64,000 nt of DNA, taken from positions 10,969-74,968 of IMG/VR virus record IMGVR_UViG_3300031576_000030; one strand, written 5' to 3'. Under the pieces are notes generated by a model, which was not told the origin of the DNA, made no database searches, and worked only from the letters and a program-made list of their open reading frames with translations. The stretch comes from a virus. Positions 55,896 through 64,000 of the stretch are shown here, piece by piece (position 1 is the first letter of the stretch; every line of letters starts with the position of its first letter). The position numbers and the translations under genes are program-made.

Positions 55896-58800
55896 TCACA
55901 CCACCAGGTTCACCGCCAGGGTGGAGGTGCGGCGCAACTGCGAGAGTTGGGTGCGCTGAACCTGCTGCAGGGCGGTGGCGATGACCCGCCCGTCCAGCAT
56001 GATCACGTTGCGGTTGGCGATGTTCACGTTCACTCCGATCATGTCGCTGCGTGCGCCCGCTCCACCCGGGGTCATCGGTCGCCGGGATTGGTAGTATGGA
56101 TCGTCGGTGAAGGCGCGCATGAAGGCCGCCGAACTCATGGCCGGGGCGGGCTGCGCCCGGGGACGCGGCTGGTAGTACTGATCGCGGGTGAAGGCTTGTT
56201 GGAAGGCCGCGGCGCTCATCCACAAACCCGCAGCACTGCCCAACACCACCCCCGCGTTGCGCAGGGTCTGGGCCGCCGTCATGTGAGCGCCCGCCGCCCC
56301 GCTCAGGGCCGCGCCCGACACCGATACGCCATCTCCCCCCGCCTCGGCGGTGTACTGTCCCAAGCGGTCGCGCGGCACGAGTCCCTCCTGCAGGGCGGTG
56401 AAGGGGATGAGCACCTCGGCGTTGGCGGGCACGTTGAACACGCCCGCGATCTGCTTCTGCACCCGCGTCAACTCCTCCATCGCGTAGCGCAGCGCATCCT
56501 GCGAGGTGACGATGGGCCGGAAACTTTTTGTCGCGTTGTCCCAAAAGAGGAAGGATTGTCGCTCCTCGTAGGGCTGCCGCCCCGGTTCCGCCAATTCCAC
56601 CCGCCGCTGCCACAGGCCAACCTGTCGGGTGAGTTGTCCCAAGGATACGTTCTCTGGCAGGTCGCGGAAGCCGCCGAAGCGACTGACCGTATCGGCGGCG
56701 CGGTTGAAGGCCAGGTTCAGCGCTTCGGCGGAACCGCGCAGGCGGATGAAGCGGTCGTTCGTCTCGTCGTACACCTGGAAGGTCAGGATCTGCTCGTAGT
56801 CCTGCCGACCCGGCTCCAACCGTTCCACACGCCGCTGCTGGACGTCGACCGCCAGTTGCAGGGCGGCGCGGCTGGTGGGCAACCCCTGCGGCAGGTCGCG
56901 GAAGCCGCCGAAACGGTTGGCGCTGGCGCTGGCCTGATCCAATGCCAGCGCGACCGCCTGGGCCGGGCCGACGATCTCCGTCAAGGCTCCCGTCAGGGTG
57001 TCGATGAATACGAAGCGTTCGGGCTTGAGCGCCTCGGGGTCGATGCCTTCGATGCCCGCCAGCACGTCGGCCAGGCGGTTGACGCGGCGCTGAATGTTCT
57101 GCGTGTTGAAGTCTTCCGGCAGGGCGCGGATGCCTCCGATGGGTAGGGACGGTTCGGGAATAGTGAAGGGGACTTGACGGTAGTTGGGTGGTCGTTGACG
57201 CATACCCGCCGTTTGCGCACCCTCGTTCAATCCTAGAAGCCACTGGGCGAAAGCCGCCTCCGCGATTCGCTCGGCGTCCCGCCGCGCCTGGCCGGAAAGA
57301 CGATAAATGTCTCCGAGGGCTCCAGTCCCCGCCGCTTGATTCATTTGCGCGATGACCTCTGGCGGTGCCTGAAATACCGGAGGTGGCAATTGCGCCTGTT
57401 CGCCCTCACGGATACGCTGCCGGAAAAATTCCTCGCTCAGGGGCATAATCCCGCGCGGGCGAAGTTCTGCCTGAAACCCACTCGCCCGCTCGAACTCCTC
57501 CACGCGCTGGAGTTGCTCTTGGGGTGATAGACCGGCGAACAGATCCATCCCCAGGCGGGTCGTCGAGGCAATTCTCAGCCGAGAGGTCAGCCCCTCGATG
57601 CCCCGTCCCAAGGTATCAAAGAACTGCTCAACGCCGCCGGTGTTAGACCAGACCGCGATAAACGCCTGGGCCTCGGTCGTCAGGATGCGCAGCGATGTGC
57701 CGATGGTGTTGCCCACCTCGCCAAACAGCCGCTGCCAGCCGCCCGCCTCGACGCTCGATTCGCGTAGGGCCTGGTTGAAGGCGCGCAAGACGACCGCCAT
57801 GTCCTGCATGTCGCGTCGGGCTTGCAGAGAGCCGCCGGTGATGAGTTGGAAGAAGCGCGCGGCGGTCTCGATGTCGCCCGACACCGCCAACTGCTGCGCG
57901 ATCTGGGCGATCTGCGGGATGCCCTCGCGCGGCGTCTCAGCCGTCACGCCGAAGCCCCGCAGTTCGCGCAATCGCTCCGGCTGCTGGAACAGGAAGGCCA
58001 ACCGCGCCAGGCGGCCCGCCGTGACCTCCGGCGCGGTTTCGGCGGCGGTCGAGGCCTCGGCAATCGCCAACGCCGCCTGCTCTGCCGTCACGCCCAGTTG
58101 CTGGTACAGGGCCACCCCGGCTTGGATGGCGTCGAACGTCTGCTCAATGTCCAGTCCCGTCTCCGCGTAGATGGCGGCCACCGTGTCCATCACCGCCACA
58201 TGCTCCAAGCCCGCCGCCGTAGCCCGCAGTTCGGTCTGGACGAGTTCGCGCAGTACGTTGTCGAACGATGCACCGCTGTCGCCCGCCTGCCCGAACACCA
58301 AAGAGACCTGCTGCGCGTTGCGCACCATCTCCGGCGTGGCGTCCAGACGCGCGGCCAAGACTCCGCCCGCCAAGGCTTCGCGCGGCGCGACGCCGAAGGC
58401 TGCCGCTTCGACCGCACCGGCCAACAGGCCCGGTCGCTGGGCCGCCGCCGCGCCGCCCTGGATGGCCGCCAGGCGCGCCGAGGCATCGGCCAGGGCCGTC
58501 ACGTCTTGTGAGGCCTCGCTGATGAAACCGTAGGCGATGCGCAAGGTACCCAGGATGAGGATCGTCTGCCCGATCCAGAACAGGTGGCGGATCCACACGT
58601 TGCTCATCAGATTCACGCCGCCGGAGAGTTGCGTGATCTGCTGCTGCAGCGCCTGGACTTGGGTTGCAGCCTGCTCAACCTGTTGCGCGGAGATCGCCGG
58701 TTGGCCCGCCTGCGGTTGGAAATATCCTGTCCGCAATCCTCCCAATTGTGCCCCGGCCTGGGCCAGTTGCTGCTGTAAGAACTGTTGCTGCAAGTAGGGG

Positions 58801-59798
58801 AATTGCGCCCCCGGCGCGACCGTGGCTCGCTGCTGGGCCAGGGCCATTGCTTGGGCCTGGGCCTGGGCAAACATCTGCGCCTGTTGCTGCGCCTGTTGCT
58901 GGGCCAGAGTCTCGAATTGCCCGACAGCGCCACCCTGCGGGATGGGGAACAACGGTAGTTGCGTCGGTCGCGGCACCCGGCCAGGAGGCTGTAGGTTGTA
59001 TTGCTCGAAGAATCCGAGTTGGTAGGGATACTGCGGCACCGTCCCGGAAGGAGGTCGCCGCATAGATTCGAACGGCGGCGTGGGCGGTAGCCCCATGTCC
59101 TCGAAGCGCGGCGCGGCGACATCGCCGAACACATCCCCCGCCCGCCGCCGCAAGCGGTAGTCCATGATGCCGCCAGCCCGCACGCCGCGCGACAGGGCGG
59201 GCACGATCTCCTGCAGCATCGAGATGCGGTCGGTCTCCTCGGCGCTCAGGCGGCGCGGCGCAGCGGTCGGGGTGTAGACTTCCTCCAACCCTCGCAGATA
59301 GGCCCCCCTACTTGGCACGGTAGCGCGCTGCGCCAGAATGCGGTCAAGGTTACGTTGTGCCAGAACACGCTCGACCCAGGCAGTGTCACCGATACCAAGG
59401 GGGATGTCATCCTCTAACCCTCCACCGCCGCCGACTCCACCACCTGCCCGTCGCTGTTGCCAGCGATAGGTCGCCAAGGCGCTGGCAACCTGGCTGGCCT
59501 GCTGTGGTGAGACGATCTCGCCCAGGGCCGGGACGACGCGGCCCGCAGCCGAGGCCGCCGCGATAGCCTCCTGCGCCTTGAGGATGATCATGTCCATCCG
59601 CTCGACCACCCGATCCGCGGCGACGACGACCTGGCCGAAGGCCGACGACATCGCCCCGGCCATGCGGGCGCTGGCCGCAGGCAGATCGGTGGCGATCTTC
59701 TTGTCCAGCGCCGCCAGGATCGAGTCTAACTGCTTGGCCGAGGTCTCCGCCTGAGAGATGTCCCACTGCAAGCGGACGACTTCAACGAATTCTGGCAT
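55896..59798 (-). CDS. Tail tape measure protein
   Basis: 1300 aa, Ala/Gln-rich helical, directly after the chaperone frameshift pair. Confidence 0.85.
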   Translation of the reverse strand: MPEFVEVVRLQWDISQAETSAKQLDSILAALDKKIATDLPAASARMAGAMSSAFGQVVVAADRVVERMDMIILKAQEAIAAASAAGRVVPALGEIVSPQQASQVASALATYRWQQRRAGGGVGGGGGLEDDIPLGIGDTAWVERVLAQRNLDRILAQRATVPSRGAYLRGLEEVYTPTAAPRRLSAEETDRISMLQEIVPALSRGVRAGGIMDYRLRRRAGDVFGDVAAPRFEDMGLPPTPPFESMRRPPSGTVPQYPYQLGFFEQYNLQPPGRVPRPTQLPLFPIPQGGAVGQFETLAQQQAQQQAQMFAQAQAQAMALAQQRATVAPGAQFPYLQQQFLQQQLAQAGAQLGGLRTGYFQPQAGQPAISAQQVEQAATQVQALQQQITQLSGGVNLMSNVWIRHLFWIGQTILILGTLRIAYGFISEASQDVTALADASARLAAIQGGAAAAQRPGLLAGAVEAAAFGVAPREALAGGVLAARLDATPEMVRNAQQVSLVFGQAGDSGASFDNVLRELVQTELRATAAGLEHVAVMDTVAAIYAETGLDIEQTFDAIQAGVALYQQLGVTAEQAALAIAEASTAAETAPEVTAGRLARLAFLFQQPERLRELRGFGVTAETPREGIPQIAQIAQQLAVSGDIETAARFFQLITGGSLQARRDMQDMAVVLRAFNQALRESSVEAGGWQRLFGEVGNTIGTSLRILTTEAQAFIAVWSNTGGVEQFFDTLGRGIEGLTSRLRIASTTRLGMDLFAGLSPQEQLQRVEEFERASGFQAELRPRGIMPLSEEFFRQRIREGEQAQLPPPVFQAPPEVIAQMNQAAGTGALGDIYRLSGQARRDAERIAEAAFAQWLLGLNEGAQTAGMRQRPPNYRQVPFTIPEPSLPIGGIRALPEDFNTQNIQRRVNRLADVLAGIEGIDPEALKPERFVFIDTLTGALTEIVGPAQAVALALDQASASANRFGGFRDLPQGLPTSRAALQLAVDVQQRRVERLEPGRQDYEQILTFQVYDETNDRFIRLRGSAEALNLAFNRAADTVSRFGGFRDLPENVSLGQLTRQVGLWQRRVELAEPGRQPYEERQSFLFWDNATKSFRPIVTSQDALRYAMEELTRVQKQIAGVFNVPANAEVLIPFTALQEGLVPRDRLGQYTAEAGGDGVSVSGAALSGAAGAHMTAAQTLRNAGVVLGSAAGLWMSAAAFQQAFTRDQYYQPRPRAQPAPAMSSAAFMRAFTDDPYYQSRRPMTPGGAGARSDMIGVNVNIANRNVIMLDGRVIATALQQVQRTQLSQLRRTSTLAVNLVV

Positions 59799-59799
59799 G

Positions 59800-60087
59800 T
59801 CAGTTCAACACTTCACTCCGATGCTTGCGCAATTCCTCTCGATCCTCGTACCAGCGCTCCAAGGCTTTGTCGTCCAGCCATAAGTCTTTGGGCGCGGGCA
59901 ATTTGTCCGGGTCCAGCGCCGCCGCCTCGCGGATGCCTTTGAGCCGAGTCCAGATCTGGACGATGCGCGGCCACCACCAGGGCGAGCGCAGCGGGTCGCC
60001 GACGATCACCCCCAGGCCACCCCACTCCACCAGCGACATCAGGCCGTCGAAGACTCCGTCGCAGGTGGCAACGTCAACAAAAAAGGG
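59800..60087 (-). CDS. Tail assembly chaperone extension reached by -1 frameshift (gpGT-like)
   Basis: -1 frame open from the slippery site through MSLVEW... to the stop at 59800. Confidence 0.75.
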   Translation of the reverse strand, partial: PFFVDVATCDGVFDGLMSLVEWGGLGVIVGDPLRSPWWWPRIVQIWTRLKGIREAAALDPDKLPAPKDLWLDDKALERWYEDREELRKHRSEVLN

Positions 60088-60743
60088 TCTACGGCGTCCA
60101 CCTCGAGATATTCGTCGAATAGTTTGTTGCGCACCTTGGCGTGCAGGCTGCGCACCACCTGCGGCGAGGCGTAAAAGCGGGCGCTGCCGTCCTCGGTCTC
60201 GCTCGCCAAGTAGATCGTCTGATTGACGAACTCGTCGGTGTACAGGCCATCCGCCGAAGCGCTGATGGCGTGCTTGCGCAGCAGGGCCGACAAGCCGTCG
60301 CCGTTGAGGTCGGCCACCTGCCGCTTCGTCTCCTCCACCAGCCGCTCGGTTTCGGCCCGCCGTTGCTCAGTGATCTTCGTCATCTGCTCCAGCCGCTGGT
60401 TGAGTACGTCGCGCCGCTCGTCTTCCGAGGCGTTGTCCGGGAAGGGGATGAAGCGAGGCCGGATGTTCTGGGCCGCCTCGCGCACCGCCGACAGCATGCG
60501 GTAGGCGGTCAGCGCGTTGCGTTTTTCTTCGGGGGTTGATTCGGCGAAGGGCAACAGGATGGCCTGGTACTCACGGCTGTCCTCGTTGCGCAATGCCTTC
60601 TGAAAGACTGCCGAGACGCGCAGGGCTTCTAGGTCGCGCTCGCGCTGCTCCGTGTCGGACAGGGCGCGGATGCGCAACCGCTTGCCGTTCGGCAGTTCGA
60701 CCGCCTTTGCCACCCGGCAAAGGTCATCCAAAAATGTACCCAT
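60039..60743 (-). CDS. Tail assembly chaperone (gpG-like)
   Basis: LRIRALS motif, position upstream of tape measure, slippery site. Confidence 0.75.
   Translation of the reverse strand: MGTFLDDLCRVAKAVELPNGKRLRIRALSDTEQRERDLEALRVSAVFQKALRNEDSREYQAILLPFAESTPEEKRNALTAYRMLSAVREAAQNIRPRFIPFPDNASEDERRDVLNQRLEQMTKITEQRRAETERLVEETKRQVADLNGDGLSALLRKHAISASADGLYTDEFVNQTIYLASETEDGSARFYASPQVVRSLHAKVRNKLFDEYLEVDAVDPFLLTLPPATESSTA
60081..60087 (-). promoter_or_regulatory. Programmed -1 frameshift slippery heptamer C CCT TTT
   Basis: X XXY YYZ in the correct frame near the end of the chaperone gene. Confidence 0.8.
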
Positions 60744-60762
60744 GACTCCCTCCTGGTTTCCA

Positions 60763-61119
60763 TTAGACAGCCCGCGTAATATCGGGATCGACCAGCAGCA
60801 GGAAATGGCCTGCGGTGACGACGTTGCCCGGCGTGTCCTTCAACTGCACGTCGCACAACAGAGTCACCCGGCTGGCCTCGAAGCCCGAAGTGTGTGCCTG
60901 GATTACCGTGAAATTTGCCAACCCGCCCACCGCATTCGTCACCGTCACCCCCGAACCAATCGTCCGCTGAAAGACCGCCGTAGCGTCGGCGTCCGAGGCG
61001 GCCCGCTTCGCCGTCACCCAGATCGAGAAGCCGGTGATGTTCTGCGGCTGGCTGTTCTTGGTGAAGGCCATGTTGAACGTCTTGTCGTCGCCGCGCGTCA
61101 TGCGCAAGGTGGTCGTCAC
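60763..61119 (-). CDS. BppU-N-like structural protein
   Basis: MTRGDDKTF...NITGFSI..TAK...DVQL...VDPDITR. Confidence 0.55.
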   Translation of the reverse strand: MTTTLRMTRGDDKTFNMAFTKNSQPQNITGFSIWVTAKRAASDADATAVFQRTIGSGVTVTNAVGGLANFTVIQAHTSGFEASRVTLLCDVQLKDTPGNVVTAGHFLLLVDPDITRAV

Positions 61120-62141
61120 GTGATCGTCACCTCGATGGGCGACTCCGAGAAGGCCACCTCCGTCACCTGCACCACCGGGCTATCGGCCACGGTGATGGTC
61201 ACGACCACGTCGAAGGCCGTGCCCAGCCCCGACTTGAGGCCGATGAGCGCCCCGGCCCAGGTCAGCACACCGCTCAGGCTGCGGGTGATTCTGCGGTTGA
61301 GCGCCCCGGCCCAGGTTAGTGTTCCCGCCAGGACTTTTTGCGTTTGCTTGAACAGGACGCCGGAAGAGGCGAGCGTTCCCGTGAGTGAGACGAACGCCGT
61401 GCGTAACGTCGTGAGCGCGCCGGAGGTCGTGAGCGTCCCGGACAGGACTTTGCGGGCTTGCTTCAGCAGGGTTCCGCTGCTGGTCAACGTCCCGGCCAAT
61501 ACCTTTTGCGCTTGCTTGGTCAGCGCGCCGGCAGAAGTCAGTGTGCCCTCCACCGACTTGAGCGCGATCTTGATCGCCGTCAATGCGCCAGAGGAGGTCA
61601 GCGTCCCGGCCAGCACCTTCTGGGCTTGTTTCAGAAGACTGCCCGCCGAGGTCAGCGTTCCCACCAGAACCTTCTGAGCCTGTTTGGTGAGCGCGCCCGC
61701 TGAAGTCAGCGTGCCTTCGACCGTCTTGAGAGCGATCTTGATCGCCGTCAGTACACCGGATGAAGTCAGCGTACCCGATAACACCTTCTGTGTCTGCTTC
61801 AACAGGCTGCCCGAGGTCGTCAACGTACCCGCTAGAACCTTTTGAGCCTGTTTGAGCAGACTGCCGGAAGAGGTCAATGTGCCCGCCAAGACCTTCTGTT
61901 CTTGTTTGAGTAGATCGCCGGAGGTGGTCAATGTGCCGCTCAATACCTTTTGCGCCTGTTTCAGCAGAGCGCCCGAGGTGGTCAACGTGCCCGCCAATAT
62001 CTTCTGCGTCTGTTTGGCGAGCGCGCCTGCCGAGGTCAACGTGCCCTCCACGCTCTGAAAGAACATCTGCGCGCCCCCAGGTCCAAAGACCGAGCGGCGA
62101 CGAACGCGGTAATCGAAGCGACGCCGATAGACTCCGGCCAC
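61116..62141 (-). CDS. Ser/Thr-rich tandem repeat structural protein
   Basis: 15 units of GTLT(S/T)xGxLxKQxQKVL(A/S), 18 or 20 aa each. Confidence 0.8.
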   Translation of the reverse strand: MAGVYRRRFDYRVRRRSVFGPGGAQMFFQSVEGTLTSAGALAKQTQKILAGTLTTSGALLKQAQKVLSGTLTTSGDLLKQEQKVLAGTLTSSGSLLKQAQKVLAGTLTTSGSLLKQTQKVLSGTLTSSGVLTAIKIALKTVEGTLTSAGALTKQAQKVLVGTLTSAGSLLKQAQKVLAGTLTSSGALTAIKIALKSVEGTLTSAGALTKQAQKVLAGTLTSSGTLLKQARKVLSGTLTTSGALTTLRTAFVSLTGTLASSGVLFKQTQKVLAGTLTWAGALNRRITRSLSGVLTWAGALIGLKSGLGTAFDVVVTITVADSPVVQVTEVAFSESPIEVTIT

Positions 62142-62144
62142 GCA

Positions 62145-62612
62145 TCACACCTCCCGCACGTAGAGCGTCCCGGACATGCTCAGAGCGTCCAGCGGGTTGT
62201 TGAGCAACCGCACCACCATCGTTGTGTCGCCCGCCGTGGCCTTGTGGTGGAGTTCCGGCGTCCAGATCATCGCGTAACCCGTGCGGATATTGAACGACTC
62301 CGAGTGCAGGTTGACCGGCGTTCCGCCCGCAGCGATGCTGGTGTTGTTGACCTCGGCGGTGAAACTGGCCGCCCCATCGTTCGGATCGGTGGGCCGGGGG
62401 GTAGCCGCGGTGCCTGCCGAACCGCTGGTGGTGTGGCCGCGAATGATGCGGAAACGTAGTTGCTCCTCCGCCGCGTCGCCGAAGTCCGAGGATTGGGAGA
62501 TGAACAGCCCCACGATCTCGATGGGCTTATTGGTGGCCGGGGTCAGTTCGAACCAGTCCTGGTTGGCCGTGACGATCACATTCTCAAATTCGACGGTATA
62601 GTATCCGCGCAT
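62145..62612 (-). CDS. Hypothetical structural protein
   Basis: GAGG RBS; beta-rich; in virion operon. Confidence 0.65.
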   Translation of the reverse strand: MRGYYTVEFENVIVTANQDWFELTPATNKPIEIVGLFISQSSDFGDAAEEQLRFRIIRGHTTSGSAGTAATPRPTDPNDGAASFTAEVNNTSIAAGGTPVNLHSESFNIRTGYAMIWTPELHHKATAGDTTMVVRLLNNPLDALSMSGTLYVREV

Positions 62613-62615
62613 CGT

Positions 62616-63893
62616 TCACCTCGCGATCAACGCTTGCCGTGTACGCCGATTGGGAAAAGCCAAAGAACCCGCCACCGCTGCTTCGACTGCCATTGCGGGG
62701 TAAAGTTTGGCCGTCGCTTCGACGTCTGACCAGTTGAGGGTGATGCCGGTCGAGGTGAAGGCGACGAAGGTCGCGGCCATGCCAGCCGCGCCGGTGTGCG
62801 TGGGCAGGTTGATGGCCTGGTCGTCGGAGAGACTTTGGGTGTTGCTGTCGGCGGCGGCGTCCTCGGACTGGACGGAGTTGCAGTAGGCTTCGTCGGCGTC
62901 GATGGCCGACAGGCCCAGCGTGCCGCCATCGGCGTCGAACTCGTCGGTGTCGGCGGTGACGCAGAAGGTCGGCAGGTACATGACGAACTGCGGCTGGAAG
63001 CCAGCGCCGTTGTCGTCGCTGTTGCCGGTGGCGGTGGGCGTGGAGAGCGTGTAGACCTTGCCGTCCACCAGCGGGCCAGCGCCCAGGCGCAGCGCGATCC
63101 AGCCCATGTGGTGACTGGCGGGGGAGCGGGCGTTGCCCAGTTGCACGTCGAAGCCCTGGCTGTCGAAACTCTGCGCCGTGCCGAACCAATCCAGGCTGTC
63201 GCTGCCTGCTAGTTTTACAATGCAGTTACCGCCACGCACGACGGCGCCGCATTGGGCGGAGGAAAACCCGTTGCGATTCTTGTGGCCGACGGCGCGCTGC
63301 GTCACCGCGCCGGCGCGGTTGTTGTGGATGAGCCCCATGCCGATACCGCCTTGTACCGTCGTCGTGCCCTCCAGCAGGACGGCGAAGACCAGGTCGGCCT
63401 CGAAGCCGATAGTAGTAATAGCGATGAGCGCGTCGGCGGTGCTGCCCAGGGTGACCGTGCCGACGTGGGTTGAGAGGTCGGAGCCGGCGAAGAAAATGTA
63501 GGTGACCAGGAAGGCCGAGGCCGGGGCATCCGTCCAGTTGATGGTGATGCCGTCCGTCTCCCACTGGACGAAGTTGGCGGTGGCCTCGACCACGTCGTCG
63601 GCGGCGCCGTCGTAGATCGTCAGGATGCGGTCGGCGGCGGTGTCCTGCTCAAACTCCACGTCCATCGAGGCCTGAGCGTGCTGGTCCTCGTAGCCTTGCG
63701 CCCATTCGTTCGCGCCGTCGGATGCGCCCGTGTACCAGCCGAGGCCGTCTGCGGCTGCCGCGTCGGTGATGCAGCGCGTGGCGATGACCAGCACCGCCTT
63801 GGGGGTCAGGCCGCCGAGGTCGGTGGTGGTGATCGTCTGGTTGCCGGTGGCGGTTGGCGCGGCGACGCGCGTAGTGGCGACGGTGACGCCCAC
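62616..63893 (-). CDS. Hypothetical structural protein (acidic, Thr/Ala-rich)
   Basis: Internal repeats (PTATGN, GLTPKAV/GFEADLV/GFQPQFV); in virion operon. Confidence 0.65.
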   Translation of the reverse strand: MGVTVATTRVAAPTATGNQTITTTDLGGLTPKAVLVIATRCITDAAAADGLGWYTGASDGANEWAQGYEDQHAQASMDVEFEQDTAADRILTIYDGAADDVVEATANFVQWETDGITINWTDAPASAFLVTYIFFAGSDLSTHVGTVTLGSTADALIAITTIGFEADLVFAVLLEGTTTVQGGIGMGLIHNNRAGAVTQRAVGHKNRNGFSSAQCGAVVRGGNCIVKLAGSDSLDWFGTAQSFDSQGFDVQLGNARSPASHHMGWIALRLGAGPLVDGKVYTLSTPTATGNSDDNGAGFQPQFVMYLPTFCVTADTDEFDADGGTLGLSAIDADEAYCNSVQSEDAAADSNTQSLSDDQAINLPTHTGAAGMAATFVAFTSTGITLNWSDVEATAKLYPAMAVEAAVAGSLAFPNRRTRQALIAR

Positions 63894-64000
63894 TAGATAC
63901 CTAACTTCAAGCGAACCTGGGCGGGGGTGTCGTAGCCAGGGTAGCGGCCCTCGGCCAGGATGAAGATGGCGTGGATTTTCTCGATGAACAATGCTTGTCC

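Larger units (their letters stand above)
1..64000. mobile_element. Tailed dsDNA bacteriophage (or prophage) genome segment
   Basis: Terminase, portal, primase/helicase, tape measure, tail chaperone frameshift, lysis genes and tightly packed small ORFs; no host housekeeping genes; ends not visible. Confidence 0.95.

Noticed and set aside
8875-57243. Long antisense or alternative-frame ORFs (e.g. 8875-10200+, 18999-20222-, 38504-39580-, 55869-57146+, 55879-57243-)
   Set aside because: Shadow ORFs of GC-rich genes that have clear motifs in another frame.
1-64000. Integrase/att sites and major capsid gene
   Set aside because: None recognisable; probably outside the window, so lifestyle cannot be called.

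Overview
The whole window looks like one GC-rich tailed dsDNA phage (Caudoviricetes-like) genome segment. No host housekeeping genes, integrase or major capsid gene are recognisable. Layout: (i) 1-15.6 kb, minus strand: terminase small and large subunits, a portal with a MuF-like C-terminus, then about 10 kb of glycosyltransferases and SAM methyltransferases interrupted by two HNH endonucleases. (ii) 15.6-27.8 kb, plus strand: primase, DnaB-like helicase, five DNA methyltransferases and several structured intergenic RNA candidates. (iii) 27.8-29.4 kb: a repeat-rich strand-switch region. (iv) 29.4-44.6 kb, plus strand: small early-type genes, a beta-clamp-like protein, a split SF2 helicase, a HerA-like ATPase and a RAMP/Cas7-like gene. 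(v) 44.7-64 kb, minus strand: lysis genes, sulfotransferase, tail fibre/hub, tape measure, frameshifted tail chaperones and repeat-rich structural proteins. The strongest signal is a stand-alone RAMP/Cas7-like gene (43544-44176) followed directly by a 290-nt array of 56 NGY-NN pentamers, cut into 26/31/36-nt blocks by single-base insertions. This is a candidate non-CRISPR RNA-guided system with a periodic guide code (VIPR-like). All calls come from reading motifs by eye; no database searches or folding programs were run.
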